Origin: Frankiales bacterium
GTDB lineage: Bacteria; Actinomycetota; Actinomycetes; Mycobacteriales; SCTD01
Length of the DNA: 38,510 bases
NCBI GenBank assembly: GCA_025966295.1
Contig: JAOPVD010000012.1
Location: 1 to 38,510 of the forward strand
Direction of reading: 5' to 3'
The number at the start of each line of letters is the position of its first letter. Within the stretch, counting starts at the first letter, position 1. The translations under genes were made by a program, and so were the position numbers. A model generated the notes under the pieces. That model was given only the letters and a program-made list of their open reading frames with translations, did not search any database and was not told where the DNA came from. Positions 1 through 7,662 of this stretch are shown piece after piece.

Positions 1-230
1 TTCGGCAGCAACGCCGTAGCCGCGGGACCCGTCCTTTCGCGAAGGCTGTTGCGGGCGCCGCGGTCGTAGGGCATGCGCTGCTCCGGCACGTACTGCCCCG
101 CCGCATCCAGCACGACCTGGTTCCGGCCAGCCGCCTTTGCGACGTACAGCGCGGCGTCGGCCCGGGCGATGCTCGCGTTGAGGTCTTGAGCCCGCCGGAC
201 CGGCGCCAGGCCGACCAGGGGTTGGGCCAC
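1..230 (-). CDS. Partial ORF (3' end lies beyond the window) that begins with only the last ~30 residues of a GGDEF domain. Probably a truncated diguanylate-cyclase remnant.
   Basis: My translation of the minus strand reads ..VAQPLVGLAPVRRAQDLNASIARADAALYVAKAAGRNQVVLDAAGQYVPEQRMPYDRG.. The string ADxALYxAKxxGRNxV is the typical C-terminal end of GGDEF domains. An in-frame TGA at 240-242 sits immediately upstream, so the rest of the domain is missing. The first possible start is GTG at 230. Confidence 0.4.
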   Translation of the reverse strand, partial: MAQPLVGLAPVRRAQDLNASIARADAALYVAKAAGRNQVVLDAAGQYVPEQRMPYDRGARNSLRERTGPAATALLP

Positions 231-239
231 GTGGTTCGC

Positions 240-833
240 TCAGCGTGAAGCGACGGCCCGCTCAGCGTCGGACTCGAGGGGCCCATCCCCGTGCTGCCGC
301 CCAGGCGGAGCGGCCGGAAGGTGCTTCGGCCCACCCATGCCGTCGATGTAGGCCAGCGCCACCGCCGAGACCACGAACGCGAGGTGGATGACGGTCTGCC
401 ACAGCATCGTGTCGGCGTCGTGCTTGCTCGCGTCGATGAACGTCTTCAGCAGGTGGATGGAGGAGATCCCGATGATGGCCGTGGCGAGCTTGACCTTGAG
501 CACGTTCGCATTGACGTGGGACAGCCATTCGGGCTGGTCGGGGTGCCCGTCGAGGCGGATCCGGGAGACGAAGGTCTCGTAGCCGCCGACGATGACCATG
601 ATGAGCAGGTTGGCAATCATCACGACGTCCACGAGCCCCAGGACGACCAGCATGATGTCGGTCTCGTCGAGCTTGCCGGCCCCGGTGTCGACGATCAGGT
701 GCCACAGCTCGAGCAGGAAGTGCCAGACGTAGACGCCCTGCGCCGCGATGAGGCCCAGGTACAGCGGGACCTGCAACCACCGACTGAGGAACATGAAGTA
801 GCCGAGATGGCGGACGCCGGGGGCGCGGGACAT
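240..833 (-). CDS. yqhA: YqhA-family (UPF0114) integral membrane protein
   Basis: 197-aa ORF with an ATG start. The N-terminus [15 protein letters not shown] and several hydrophobic helices match the UPF0114/YqhA pattern. Confidence 0.8.
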   Translation of the reverse strand: MSRAPGVRHLGYFMFLSRWLQVPLYLGLIAAQGVYVWHFLLELWHLIVDTGAGKLDETDIMLVVLGLVDVVMIANLLIMVIVGGYETFVSRIRLDGHPDQPEWLSHVNANVLKVKLATAIIGISSIHLLKTFIDASKHDADTMLWQTVIHLAFVVSAVALAYIDGMGGPKHLPAAPPGRQHGDGPLESDAERAVASR

Positions 834-916
834 GGACCTGCCTTGGCCTGGGGAACGGATGCGTCCTCATTATCGCCCAGAGCAGGGCCACCGCACGCAG
901 CCGGGGGGGACGTGGG

Positions 917-1435
917 TCAGTCAGCTCTCAAGGTCTCCGGCGCCGGCCGGTCCTGCGCCTCATGACCCGGGTCGAGCACCTTGGCGCGGGACAGCCGCAG
1001 CGGCTGCAGGTCCCCAGCCGTCCAGGCCTCCATCGGCTCCACGACGAAGCAGGCGTGGTCGCTGCCCTCGTCGAGCATGGAAACCCGCCTCGCCACGAAC
1101 CGGTTGGGGCAGCTGACCAGCAGCGGCACCCCACCGGGACCGGCGTCCCAGGCGCATTGACTGAACTTGTCCACGCGGTCGCCTGAGACCGTGCCGAAGA
1201 GCCGGGCGACCTCCAGGTCGCCCTGGGCGAGGAAGTGGACTGCCAGGTAGTCGGCGTGCAGGGCCACGCGGTACGTGTGGTTGGCCTTGGACAGCCACAC
1301 CGCGTAGCGCCGCGGCTCGATGCTGCACTGCGCGTGGAACCCGATCAGGCAGCCGGCCCGCTCATTGCCCGATGCCGTCGTCACAACAGCCATTGCGGGA
1401 TCGAGCTGCGCGACGAGCTCGTCAAAGGCGGTCAC
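917..1435 (-). CDS. Flavin reductase-like (FMN-binding split-barrel) protein
   Basis: 172 aa. The stretch AMAVVTTASGNERAGCLIGFHAQCSIEPRRYAVWL is typical of flavin reductase domain proteins. The GTG start overlaps the stop of the upstream gene (GTGA at 1432-1435). Confidence 0.8.
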   Translation of the reverse strand: MTAFDELVAQLDPAMAVVTTASGNERAGCLIGFHAQCSIEPRRYAVWLSKANHTYRVALHADYLAVHFLAQGDLEVARLFGTVSGDRVDKFSQCAWDAGPGGVPLLVSCPNRFVARRVSMLDEGSDHACFVVEPMEAWTAGDLQPLRLSRAKVLDPGHEAQDRPAPETLRAD

Positions 1436-2217
1436 CGTGCCCGGTCCCTCTCGTAGCGGAGAAAGAGCGTTCCGTCCTCGTCGACCACGGCGTGCTCGAG
1501 GGTGAAGCGGGATGTCTCGGCACCGGGCGGCGTGAGAGCCAGCGGGAGGGGGTCACCGCCCATCAGCGGAGTGAGGGTGAGGCACAGCTCGTCGAGCAAG
1601 CCGGCGCCTGCGAGCCCGCCGAGCAGCGTTGGGCCACCCTCACACAAAACGACCTCTGCGCCACGCTCGCGGAGCTGATGCAGCGCCGAGCCCAGGTCGA
1701 CCGAGTCGTCTCCCGCGAGGACCACCTCGGCGACGGCTCGGGCCTCCTCCCGGCGCGCTTCCGGCGCACTCGCGCAGGTGATGATCAGCGGCCGCGGCCC
1801 CGCATCGGTATCGGCGAACAGCGGGATCGACCAGTCGATGTCGAGCGAGCCGCTCAGAACGGCGATGGGCGGGGCGACGGGGCGCCCCGCCTCCAACCTG
1901 CTTGCCTCCAGTGCCGCGTCCAGCCGCACCGGGCCGTAGCGCTCCCGGCGCACGGTCTCGGCCCCGACCAGCACGACGTCGGGCACCGTGCGCAGCTCCC
2001 GGAACAGCCGCGCATCCGCCGGCGTCGAGAGCGCGCCGACCCGGCCCGCGACCGCGGCAGTGCCGTCCAGGCCGCCGACCATGTTCCCGAGCACCCACGG
2101 CCGGGACGCGGGGGCGAGGCGTTCCGCCTTCACGTAGAGCTCGAGGAGGTCGGTGAGGTCATCTGCCGTCTGAAGCCGCCGCACCGAGCCACATCCGCCG
2201 CGCGGCAGGGTCGTCAT
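1432..2217 (-). CDS. Dihydrofolate reductase-family / RibD C-terminal domain reductase
   Basis: The real start is the internal ATG at 2217 (MTTLPRGG..). The upstream part of the listed 433-aa ORF is Arg/Ser-rich artefact. Motifs VLVGAETVRRERYGP, VLCEGGPTLLGGL and DELCLTLTPLMGG fit RibD_C. Confidence 0.75.
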   Translation of the reverse strand: MTTLPRGGCGSVRRLQTADDLTDLLELYVKAERLAPASRPWVLGNMVGGLDGTAAVAGRVGALSTPADARLFRELRTVPDVVLVGAETVRRERYGPVRLDAALEASRLEAGRPVAPPIAVLSGSLDIDWSIPLFADTDAGPRPLIITCASAPEARREEARAVAEVVLAGDDSVDLGSALHQLRERGAEVVLCEGGPTLLGGLAGAGLLDELCLTLTPLMGGDPLPLALTPPGAETSRFTLEHAVVDEDGTLFLRYERDRAR

Positions 2218-2233
2218 TTGGGGTGCCGCCGCC

Positions 2234-3457
2234 TCAGACGTCGACGAGGGACTTGAGCGGGACGTCCGCGTCGCTGACGAGGTCGGCGGGCAGCGTGCCG
2301 CCTGCGCCCAGCAGGCGACGGACGAACAGGTAGTCGGCTGTGCGGTTGACGCAGTCGATCGCAATGAGCCGGCCGGCGCGGTAGTACAGAGCCGAGAACC
2401 GCTCGCTGTCGGGCTCACCCCGCACCACGACCTCCTCGTAGCCCGTTGACAGGCCGGCGATCTGCAGCTTGAGGTCGTCCTGGTCCGACCAGAACCACGG
2501 CACCGAGCAGTACGGCTGCTCGAGGCCGAGCAGGGACGCCGCCGCCGCTTTGGCCTGGTCGACGGCGTTCTGCACCGACTCGAGGCGAACCATGACGCCG
2601 GGGTCCAGAGGGTGTGGCAGCAGCGTGCAATCTCCCGCCGCCACCACCCGCGGGTCGCTGGTGCGAGCGCACTGGTCGACGACGACCGCACCCTGCCGCA
2701 GCTCGAGACCCATCTGCTCGGCCAGCTCGACACGCGGGCGCACGCCGATGCCGACGAGAACGAGGTCGGCGGGCAGCTCGCTGCCGTCGTCCAAGCGCAC
2801 GCCCGACACGCCCTCCTGGCCCACGATCTCGGTCACGGTGCGGCCGAGGCACACCCGAGTTCCGCGACGCTCGTGCGCCTGCTGGTAGAACGCCGATACC
2901 TCAGGCGCGACGGCGCGGGCGACCAGCCGCGGAAGCATCTCGACGACCGTCACGTCCTTGCCCTTGGCGCGGCAGACCGCCGCCGCCTCCAAGCCGATGA
3001 AGCCGCCGCCGACGACCACGACCGACCGCGCGGCCGGCAGCAGCGCGGCCAGACGGTCCGCGTCGGCGAGGTCGCGCAGGTAGAGCACACCGTCGAGGTC
3101 CGCACCGGGTACTGGCAGGCGCATCACCCGGGCACCGGTCGTGAGCGCCAGCCGGTCGAACGGAAGCCGGCGGCCGCTGTCGGTGGTGGCGCACCCGCCG
3201 TCGAGGTCGACGTCGACGACGCGATCGCCGAGCACGAGGTCGATGCGCTGGGCCTCGTAGAAGGAGGCATTGCGCAGGCTCAGCGACTCGGCGGTGGCGG
3301 CGCCGGCGAGGTAGGCCTTGGACAGCGGCGGTCGAGCGTACGGGCTGCTCGGTTCAGCGCCGACGAGGGTCACCGTGCCCTCGTAGCCGAGCTCGCGGAG
3401 CGACACGGCCGTCTGGGCGCCGGCCTGGCAGGCACCGACGATGACCACCCCGGGCAT
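2234..3457 (-). CDS. FAD-dependent ferredoxin-NAD(P)+ reductase (putidaredoxin reductase-like)
   Basis: The real start is ATG at 3457 (MPGVVIVGACQAGAQ..). It has two dinucleotide-binding motifs (VVIVGACQAG and VVVVGGGFIGLEAA) and the C-terminal reductase domain. The ATGA overlap with the ferredoxin stop is at 3457. Confidence 0.9.
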   Translation of the reverse strand: MPGVVIVGACQAGAQTAVSLRELGYEGTVTLVGAEPSSPYARPPLSKAYLAGAATAESLSLRNASFYEAQRIDLVLGDRVVDVDLDGGCATTDSGRRLPFDRLALTTGARVMRLPVPGADLDGVLYLRDLADADRLAALLPAARSVVVVGGGFIGLEAAAVCRAKGKDVTVVEMLPRLVARAVAPEVSAFYQQAHERRGTRVCLGRTVTEIVGQEGVSGVRLDDGSELPADLVLVGIGVRPRVELAEQMGLELRQGAVVVDQCARTSDPRVVAAGDCTLLPHPLDPGVMVRLESVQNAVDQAKAAAASLLGLEQPYCSVPWFWSDQDDLKLQIAGLSTGYEEVVVRGEPDSERFSALYYRAGRLIAIDCVNRTADYLFVRRLLGAGGTLPADLVSDADVPLKSLVDV

Positions 3458-3792
3458 CAGAACTGCTCGGGCGAGACTCGGACCAGCAGGCCGTCGAGCT
3501 CCTCGGTGATGACGACCTGGCAGGACAGCCGGCTGCCGGGCTGGCACTCGGCCATGGCGTCGTCGAGGATCTCGGCCTCCGTCGGGTCGTCGGCATCTTC
3601 GGGCCGGCCGACGCGGTCGATCCAGGCGTCGTCGACGTAGACGTGGCAGCTTGCGCACGACAGGAAGCCGCCGCACTCGGCGACGATGCCAGGCACGCCG
3701 TTCTTCACGGCGGTGTCCATGACGGTGGCGCCGATGGCGCCCTGGACCTCGTGGCTGACGCCCTTCGGGTCGACAAAAACGATCCTTGCCAC
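3457..3792 (-). CDS. 2Fe-2S ferredoxin (adrenodoxin/putidaredoxin type)
   Basis: Cys pattern C-x5-C-x2-C...C (AECGGFLSCASCHVYV ... SRLSCQV). I prefer the GTG at 3792, which follows GAGGAGG. The alternative GTG at 3852 would add 20 aa. Confidence 0.85.
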   Translation of the reverse strand: MARIVFVDPKGVSHEVQGAIGATVMDTAVKNGVPGIVAECGGFLSCASCHVYVDDAWIDRVGRPEDADDPTEAEILDDAMAECQPGSRLSCQVVITEELDGLLVRVSPEQF

Positions 3793-3848
3793 TGTGCGTG
3801 CCTCCTCGGCATCCGTCGTGCTGGCGGTGGGCGACGCTACAGGCGGGG

Positions 3849-4403
3849 TCACGTCGCATCCGGGAAGTCGAAGCCGAGGCCGGACAAGGCCGACGAGGTC
3901 TCCTCGGCGAAGTGCGCGAGCACCAGCAGATCACGGAGCCTGCCGTCGCGGTCGCGCATGTGGTCGCGCAGCAGCGCCTCGCCCTCGAAACCGAGCCGCC
4001 TGAAGACCTCGGCCGTCCCCTCCTGCTCGGCGGGCACCTCCACCACGATCTTGCTCAGCCCGGCGAGGAGGGCCGCCCGTAGCGCCGTGCGGGCCAGCAG
4101 CCGGCCCAGCCCCTGGCGGCGGGCATTGCGAGCCACCACCAGCCGCAGCTCGCCGACGTGGCTCGACAGGCCGAGGCCCGGCAGCAGCGCCGCGTAGCCC
4201 GCCACGCCCTGCTCGGACAGGACCACCCACCGGCTGGCTGGGCCCGGGTCGCCGGCGGCCGTGCCGGCCCAGGCCGGGTCTCGGACGTCCTCCTTCACCA
4301 CGGTCACGTCTTCGTCCGGTAGCGCGTCGAAGAACCGGCGCAGGTCGTCGGCGTGCTCGCGGGCCAGCAGCGTCGCGGCCGCCGAGGCGGTGCTGGTGGT
4401 CAT
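3849..4403 (-). CDS. GNAT-family N-acetyltransferase
   Basis: 184 aa. It carries the acetyl-CoA binding motif LVVARNARRQGLGRLLA. Its ATG overlaps the phaC stop (ATGA at 4400-4403). Confidence 0.8.
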   Translation of the reverse strand: MTTSTASAAATLLAREHADDLRRFFDALPDEDVTVVKEDVRDPAWAGTAAGDPGPASRWVVLSEQGVAGYAALLPGLGLSSHVGELRLVVARNARRQGLGRLLARTALRAALLAGLSKIVVEVPAEQEGTAEVFRRLGFEGEALLRDHMRDRDGRLRDLLVLAHFAEETSSALSGLGFDFPDAT

Positions 4404-5506
4404 GGCTGCTCCAGGGGGACGGGCCGGCTACGGCGGCGCAGGAAGTCCGAAATAGCGGGGATGCTCGTACGGTGTGCGGTGCGCCCGACGACCTGGCCGA
4501 TATGGCCCGCGTCCAGCAGCAGCTGCTGCTTGTCTGCGGAGCCGACAAGCTCGAACGCCGGCAGTGACGCCGACGGCGGGACGATGTTGTCGCGAGTGGC
4601 GACGACGTTCAGGTAAGGCGTGCGGATGTCGGCCAGCGAGACCTGCCGGTTGCCCAGCCGCAGCCGGCCGGTCATGAGGGCGTTGTCGCGGATGAGCATG
4701 TCGACCGACTGCTGGGCGGCCCGCCCGGGAAAGGGCACGTGGTCCTTGGCCCAGCCCGCCATGCGCTGGTGGGCCTCGACGAGCGCGTCGTCCCAGAGGT
4801 TGTCGAGCAGGTTGGCGTACTGCGACAGCTCCTGGGTCGGGGCGATGAGCTTGAAGTACTGGTAAAGCACGCTCGGTGGCACGTTCCCCGCGTCGTCGAG
4901 GACCTCGCCGACCTTCAGGTCTCCCCGTGCCAACGCCTCGGTCAACGCCCAGGAGCCCTGGTAGTCCACAGGCGTCGCCACCGTCGTGAGGCTCGCAAGC
5001 GGCAGCTCGGGGTTGGCGGCGACGGCGAGCAGCGCGAGGACGCCACCGAAGCAGTAGCCGAGCAGCGACACGTCGGGGCTGCCGGACGCCTCACGCACGG
5101 CATCGACGGCAGCCGGTATGTAGCGCTCGGCGTAGTCCTCGAGGCCGTTGCTGGCGTCCCGCTCGTCGGGAGTTCCCCAGTCGAGAAGGAACACGTCAAA
5201 GCCGTCGTCGCGCAGGTGCTCGACGAAGCTGTTGCCGGGAGTCAGGTCGAGCACGTAGCTCTTGGACACCAGGCTGAAGACGATGAGCAGCGGCGGCGCG
5301 TGGCGCACGTGGTCGCTGCGGTAGCGCCACATCGTGGCCCGGTCCTTCTGCCAGACGACGTCCTTGGGCGTGAGCCCCGCCGCGGGTCGGCCCGCCCCGG
5401 CGACGATCTTGATGCCGTTGCGGGCGCGGAGGGCGTTGCGCTCCACGTCGCGGCGTACGCGGTTGAGGACCTCCCCCGGAGCGCGCAGCACCGCCCCCGC
5501 ACCCAT
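4400..5506 (-). CDS. phaC: Class III poly(R)-hydroxyalkanoate synthase catalytic subunit PhaC
   Basis: 368 aa, which is class III size. It has the lipase-box-like GYCFGG with a Cys nucleophile, a candidate Asp in ATRDNIVPP and a candidate His in DAGHIG. Confidence 0.8.
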   Translation of the reverse strand: MGAGAVLRAPGEVLNRVRRDVERNALRARNGIKIVAGAGRPAAGLTPKDVVWQKDRATMWRYRSDHVRHAPPLLIVFSLVSKSYVLDLTPGNSFVEHLRDDGFDVFLLDWGTPDERDASNGLEDYAERYIPAAVDAVREASGSPDVSLLGYCFGGVLALLAVAANPELPLASLTTVATPVDYQGSWALTEALARGDLKVGEVLDDAGNVPPSVLYQYFKLIAPTQELSQYANLLDNLWDDALVEAHQRMAGWAKDHVPFPGRAAQQSVDMLIRDNALMTGRLRLGNRQVSLADIRTPYLNVVATRDNIVPPSASLPAFELVGSADKQQLLLDAGHIGQVVGRTAHRTSIPAISDFLRRRSRPVPLEQP

Positions 5507-5509
5507 CCC

Positions 5510-5926
5510 CTACCGCCGCGGGTCGTCGGCACGGGCCGCCGGCGCGACCCCGCCCGCGCGGGGAGCGTTGCGTCGCGCCGTCCTCGTGGGCCGGGAGGGC
5601 CCAACCGGCTCCGGCGGGGCGACGGCGAGCGGAGCCGCCTCGGCCGGCGCTGCGCTGCGCTGGACGTCCTCGCGCAGCAGGCGGACCTCGCGGTCGAGGT
5701 CGCCCAGCTGACGGCGCAGCCGCCGGACATCCGTGCCCGCAGGGAGGTTGAGCAGGTGCCACGCCTGCTGGGTGCGCGCCTCGACGGTGCGTCCCACGGT
5801 GCGGCGCGATCGCTGGACGAGCACGACGGCGATGGCGAAGCCCGACTCGTGCACGAGCTTCTCGAGCCGCGGCGCGACCGCGCCCTCGGCGGCGTCAAAG
5901 GCGCGACGCCATGTCGCCTTGCCCAC
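5510..5926 (-). CDS. Small coiled-coil protein with a PhaE/phasin-like motif; putative partner of PhaC
   Basis: 138 aa with a GTG start preceded by GAGGGAG. The motif LLNLPAGTDVRRLRRQLGDLDREVRLLRE resembles the NLP(S/T)xxD..L..L..EV motif of PhaE and phasin families. The gene sits immediately upstream of phaC (3-nt gap). The C-terminus is a Pro/Ala-rich tail. Confidence 0.55.
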   Translation of the reverse strand: MGKATWRRAFDAAEGAVAPRLEKLVHESGFAIAVVLVQRSRRTVGRTVEARTQQAWHLLNLPAGTDVRRLRRQLGDLDREVRLLREDVQRSAAPAEAAPLAVAPPEPVGPSRPTRTARRNAPRAGGVAPAARADDPRR

Positions 5927-6033
5927 GGGATCTCCCTCGTCGGTGTGTGACGAGCATTACGCATCAGGAGCAATTTATCCAGAGGAATTGAGATGTTGGC
6001 CACCACCAGCACCTCGCTCCCGGCTCGCCCCGA

Positions 6034-6039
6034 TAGCCT
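6034..6039 (+). promoter_or_regulatory. Candidate -10 hexamer (TAGCCT, TANNNT type) placed so that the XRE gene would be leaderless
   Basis: TAGCCT lies 6 nt upstream of the GTG start at 6046, and there is no SD sequence in between. This geometry is typical of leaderless actinobacterial mRNAs. Confidence 0.3.
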
Positions 6040-6045
6040 GCGCGG

Positions 6046-6432
6046 GTGTCGGAAGTCGGGTCGCCGTGGCCGGAGGTTGCCGCGTTCCTGCGCGCGCAGC
6101 GGCAGCTCGCGCAGCTGTCGCTGCGGCACCTCGCCCGGCTGACGAACGTGTCGGACTCCTACCTGAGCCAGGTCGAGCGCGGCCTGCACCAGCCTTCGCC
6201 CGAGGTGCTCAAGGCGATGGCGGGCGCGCTGGGACTGCCGGCCGGCCAGTTGTTCGAGCGGATGGGTTGGCTGGACGCGGCGCCCTCCGGAACGCAATCG
6301 GGGGCAGGGGATGCACCGGAGCCGCCGCGGGAGGTGAGCGTCGAGGACGCCATCGCCCGCGACCCACGACTGACGCCGGCACAAAAGGGCGCATTGCTGG
6401 GCATGTACCGCACCCTCGTCACTGGTGCTTGA
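6046..6432 (+). CDS. XRE-family helix-turn-helix transcriptional regulator
   Basis: 128 aa. The HTH core is LSLRHLARLTNVSDSYLSQVERGLHQPSPEVL. The gene is divergent from the phaE-like/phaC operon. Confidence 0.85.
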   Translation: MSEVGSPWPEVAAFLRAQRQLAQLSLRHLARLTNVSDSYLSQVERGLHQPSPEVLKAMAGALGLPAGQLFERMGWLDAAPSGTQSGAGDAPEPPREVSVEDAIARDPRLTPAQKGALLGMYRTLVTGA

Positions 6433-6493
6433 CATACCAAGCGGTGCTTGGTCCACTTCGCGGGCCGCACGTTCCCGCGATCCGGAGGTCCGC

Positions 6494-6793
6494 ATGTCCA
6501 CGTACGCCGAACTCACCGAGAAGGCCACCACCCAGCTGCTCGAGGCCGTCAAGCCGGTCGAGGAGCTGGCAGTGACCGTCGCCAGCGCCGTCGACGGTGC
6601 CGTCCGCAAGCTGCCGTCCCTGCCCGTCTCCGAGCGCTTCCCGACGCCGGCCCAGGTCGTCGGCGCCAACTTCGCGATCCTCGGCCGGCTGATGACGGCG
6701 CAGCAGGACTTCGCCCAGCGCCTGCTCGACCCCGCCGGCGTCCCCGCGCGCGCCACGGCCGCCAGCAAGGCCACCGCTTCCAGCAAGGTCTGA
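6494..6793 (+). CDS. Small (99 aa) Ala/Val/Leu/Glu-rich, probably helical protein of unknown function (phasin-like by context only)
   Basis: The ATG at 6494 is preceded by GGAGG. The listed ORF start at 6425 has no SD. A very strong hairpin follows the gene. Confidence 0.6.
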   Translation: MSTYAELTEKATTQLLEAVKPVEELAVTVASAVDGAVRKLPSLPVSERFPTPAQVVGANFAILGRLMTAQQDFAQRLLDPAGVPARATAASKATASSKV

Positions 6794-6803
6794 TCACGCA
6801 CGC

Positions 6804-6837
6804 CGGCACGGGGCGGGCCAAGGCCCGCCCCGTGCCG
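6804..6837 (+). terminator. Intrinsic-terminator-like GC-rich hairpin
   Basis: CGGCACGGGGCGGGCC-AA-GGCCCGCCCCGTGCCG gives about 14-16 perfect base pairs, starting 11 nt after the stop at 6793. Confidence 0.7.
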
Positions 6838-6858
6838 ACCACCAGAGAGAGAGCCCCC

Positions 6859-7662
6859 GTGCCGCACGTCCTGTCGACGCTCGGGGCAGCGCCCCACGCG
6901 CGCCCGAGCCTGCTGCTCCAGGCGCTCGAGCTGCCGCGGGCCTGCGCCGAGTACGGCGCCCTCCTGAGCACCGCCGGCCTGCTGCGGCTGCTGCCCAAGG
7001 GCACCGGCGCGCCCGTCGTCGTGCTTCCCGGCTTCGCCGGCGACGACCTCTCGACCGCTGCGCTGCGGACCGTCCTGCGCGGGCTGGGCCACCACGTCGT
7101 CGGCTGGGGGCTGGGTCGCAACGTCGGCCCCACCTCGAGCACGCTGGCCGGGGTCGACCGGCTGGTGCGCGGGCTCGTCGACCGGCACGGCGTCCCCGTC
7201 GCGCTCGTCGGCTGGAGCCTCGGCGGCGTCTTCGCGCGCCGACTGGCCGCCGCACGTCCCGAGGAGGTGCGCCGGGTCGTCACCCTCGGCAGCCCGTACC
7301 GGCTCGACGACCCGGCGAAGACCCGTGCCCAGTGGCTCTACAACCGCTTCGAGCATCTGCACGACGCGGCGCACGAAGTGCGTGTCGGCGGACCTGCCTC
7401 GCGTCCGCTCCGCGTCGCCAGCACCTCCATCTACTCCTACACCGACGGCGTCGTGCCGTGGGGCGCATGCCGCGAGGCTGACACCGCCTTGGCCGAGAGC
7501 GTCGCCGTTCCAGGCAGCCACAACGGCCTCGGGCACAACCCGCTGGCCATGTGCGTCGTGGCCGACCGCCTGGCGCTCCCGCCCGGCGACCACTCCCGCT
7601 TCGCGCCGCCCGCGGCGCTGCGTCACCTGTTCCGCGTCGGCGGCGCGCCGGTCAACCGCTGA
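6859..7662 (+). CDS. Alpha/beta-fold hydrolase (esterase/lipase-like)
   Basis: I infer a GTG start at 6859, because the upstream part of the listed ORF overlaps the previous gene. It has the nucleophile elbow GWSLGG, a candidate Asp in YTDGVVPW and a candidate His in GSHNGLGHNP. Confidence 0.75.
   Translation: MPHVLSTLGAAPHARPSLLLQALELPRACAEYGALLSTAGLLRLLPKGTGAPVVVLPGFAGDDLSTAALRTVLRGLGHHVVGWGLGRNVGPTSSTLAGVDRLVRGLVDRHGVPVALVGWSLGGVFARRLAAARPEEVRRVVTLGSPYRLDDPAKTRAQWLYNRFEHLHDAAHEVRVGGPASRPLRVASTSIYSYTDGVVPWGACREADTALAESVAVPGSHNGLGHNPLAMCVVADRLALPPGDHSRFAPPAALRHLFRVGGAPVNR

Noticed and set aside
5242-7626. A very long 794-aa ORF on the minus strand. There are similar long ORFs at 7325-9175 (+), 9313-11067 (+), 31682-34108 (+), 28850-30283 (-), 21893-23575 (+) and 16230-17681 (+).
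   Set aside because: Their translations are dominated by Arg/Gly/Pro/Ala/Asp runs with no recognisable motifs. They lie antisense or out of frame to genes with clear family signatures. Open alternate frames like these are typical of high-GC DNA.
7652-7662. An 11-nt overlap of the convergent 3' ends of the alpha/beta hydrolase and acyl-CoA ligase genes.
   Set aside because: Short convergent overlaps are common in compact high-GC genomes. No hairpin or other signal is visible, so I do not treat it as a regulatory feature.
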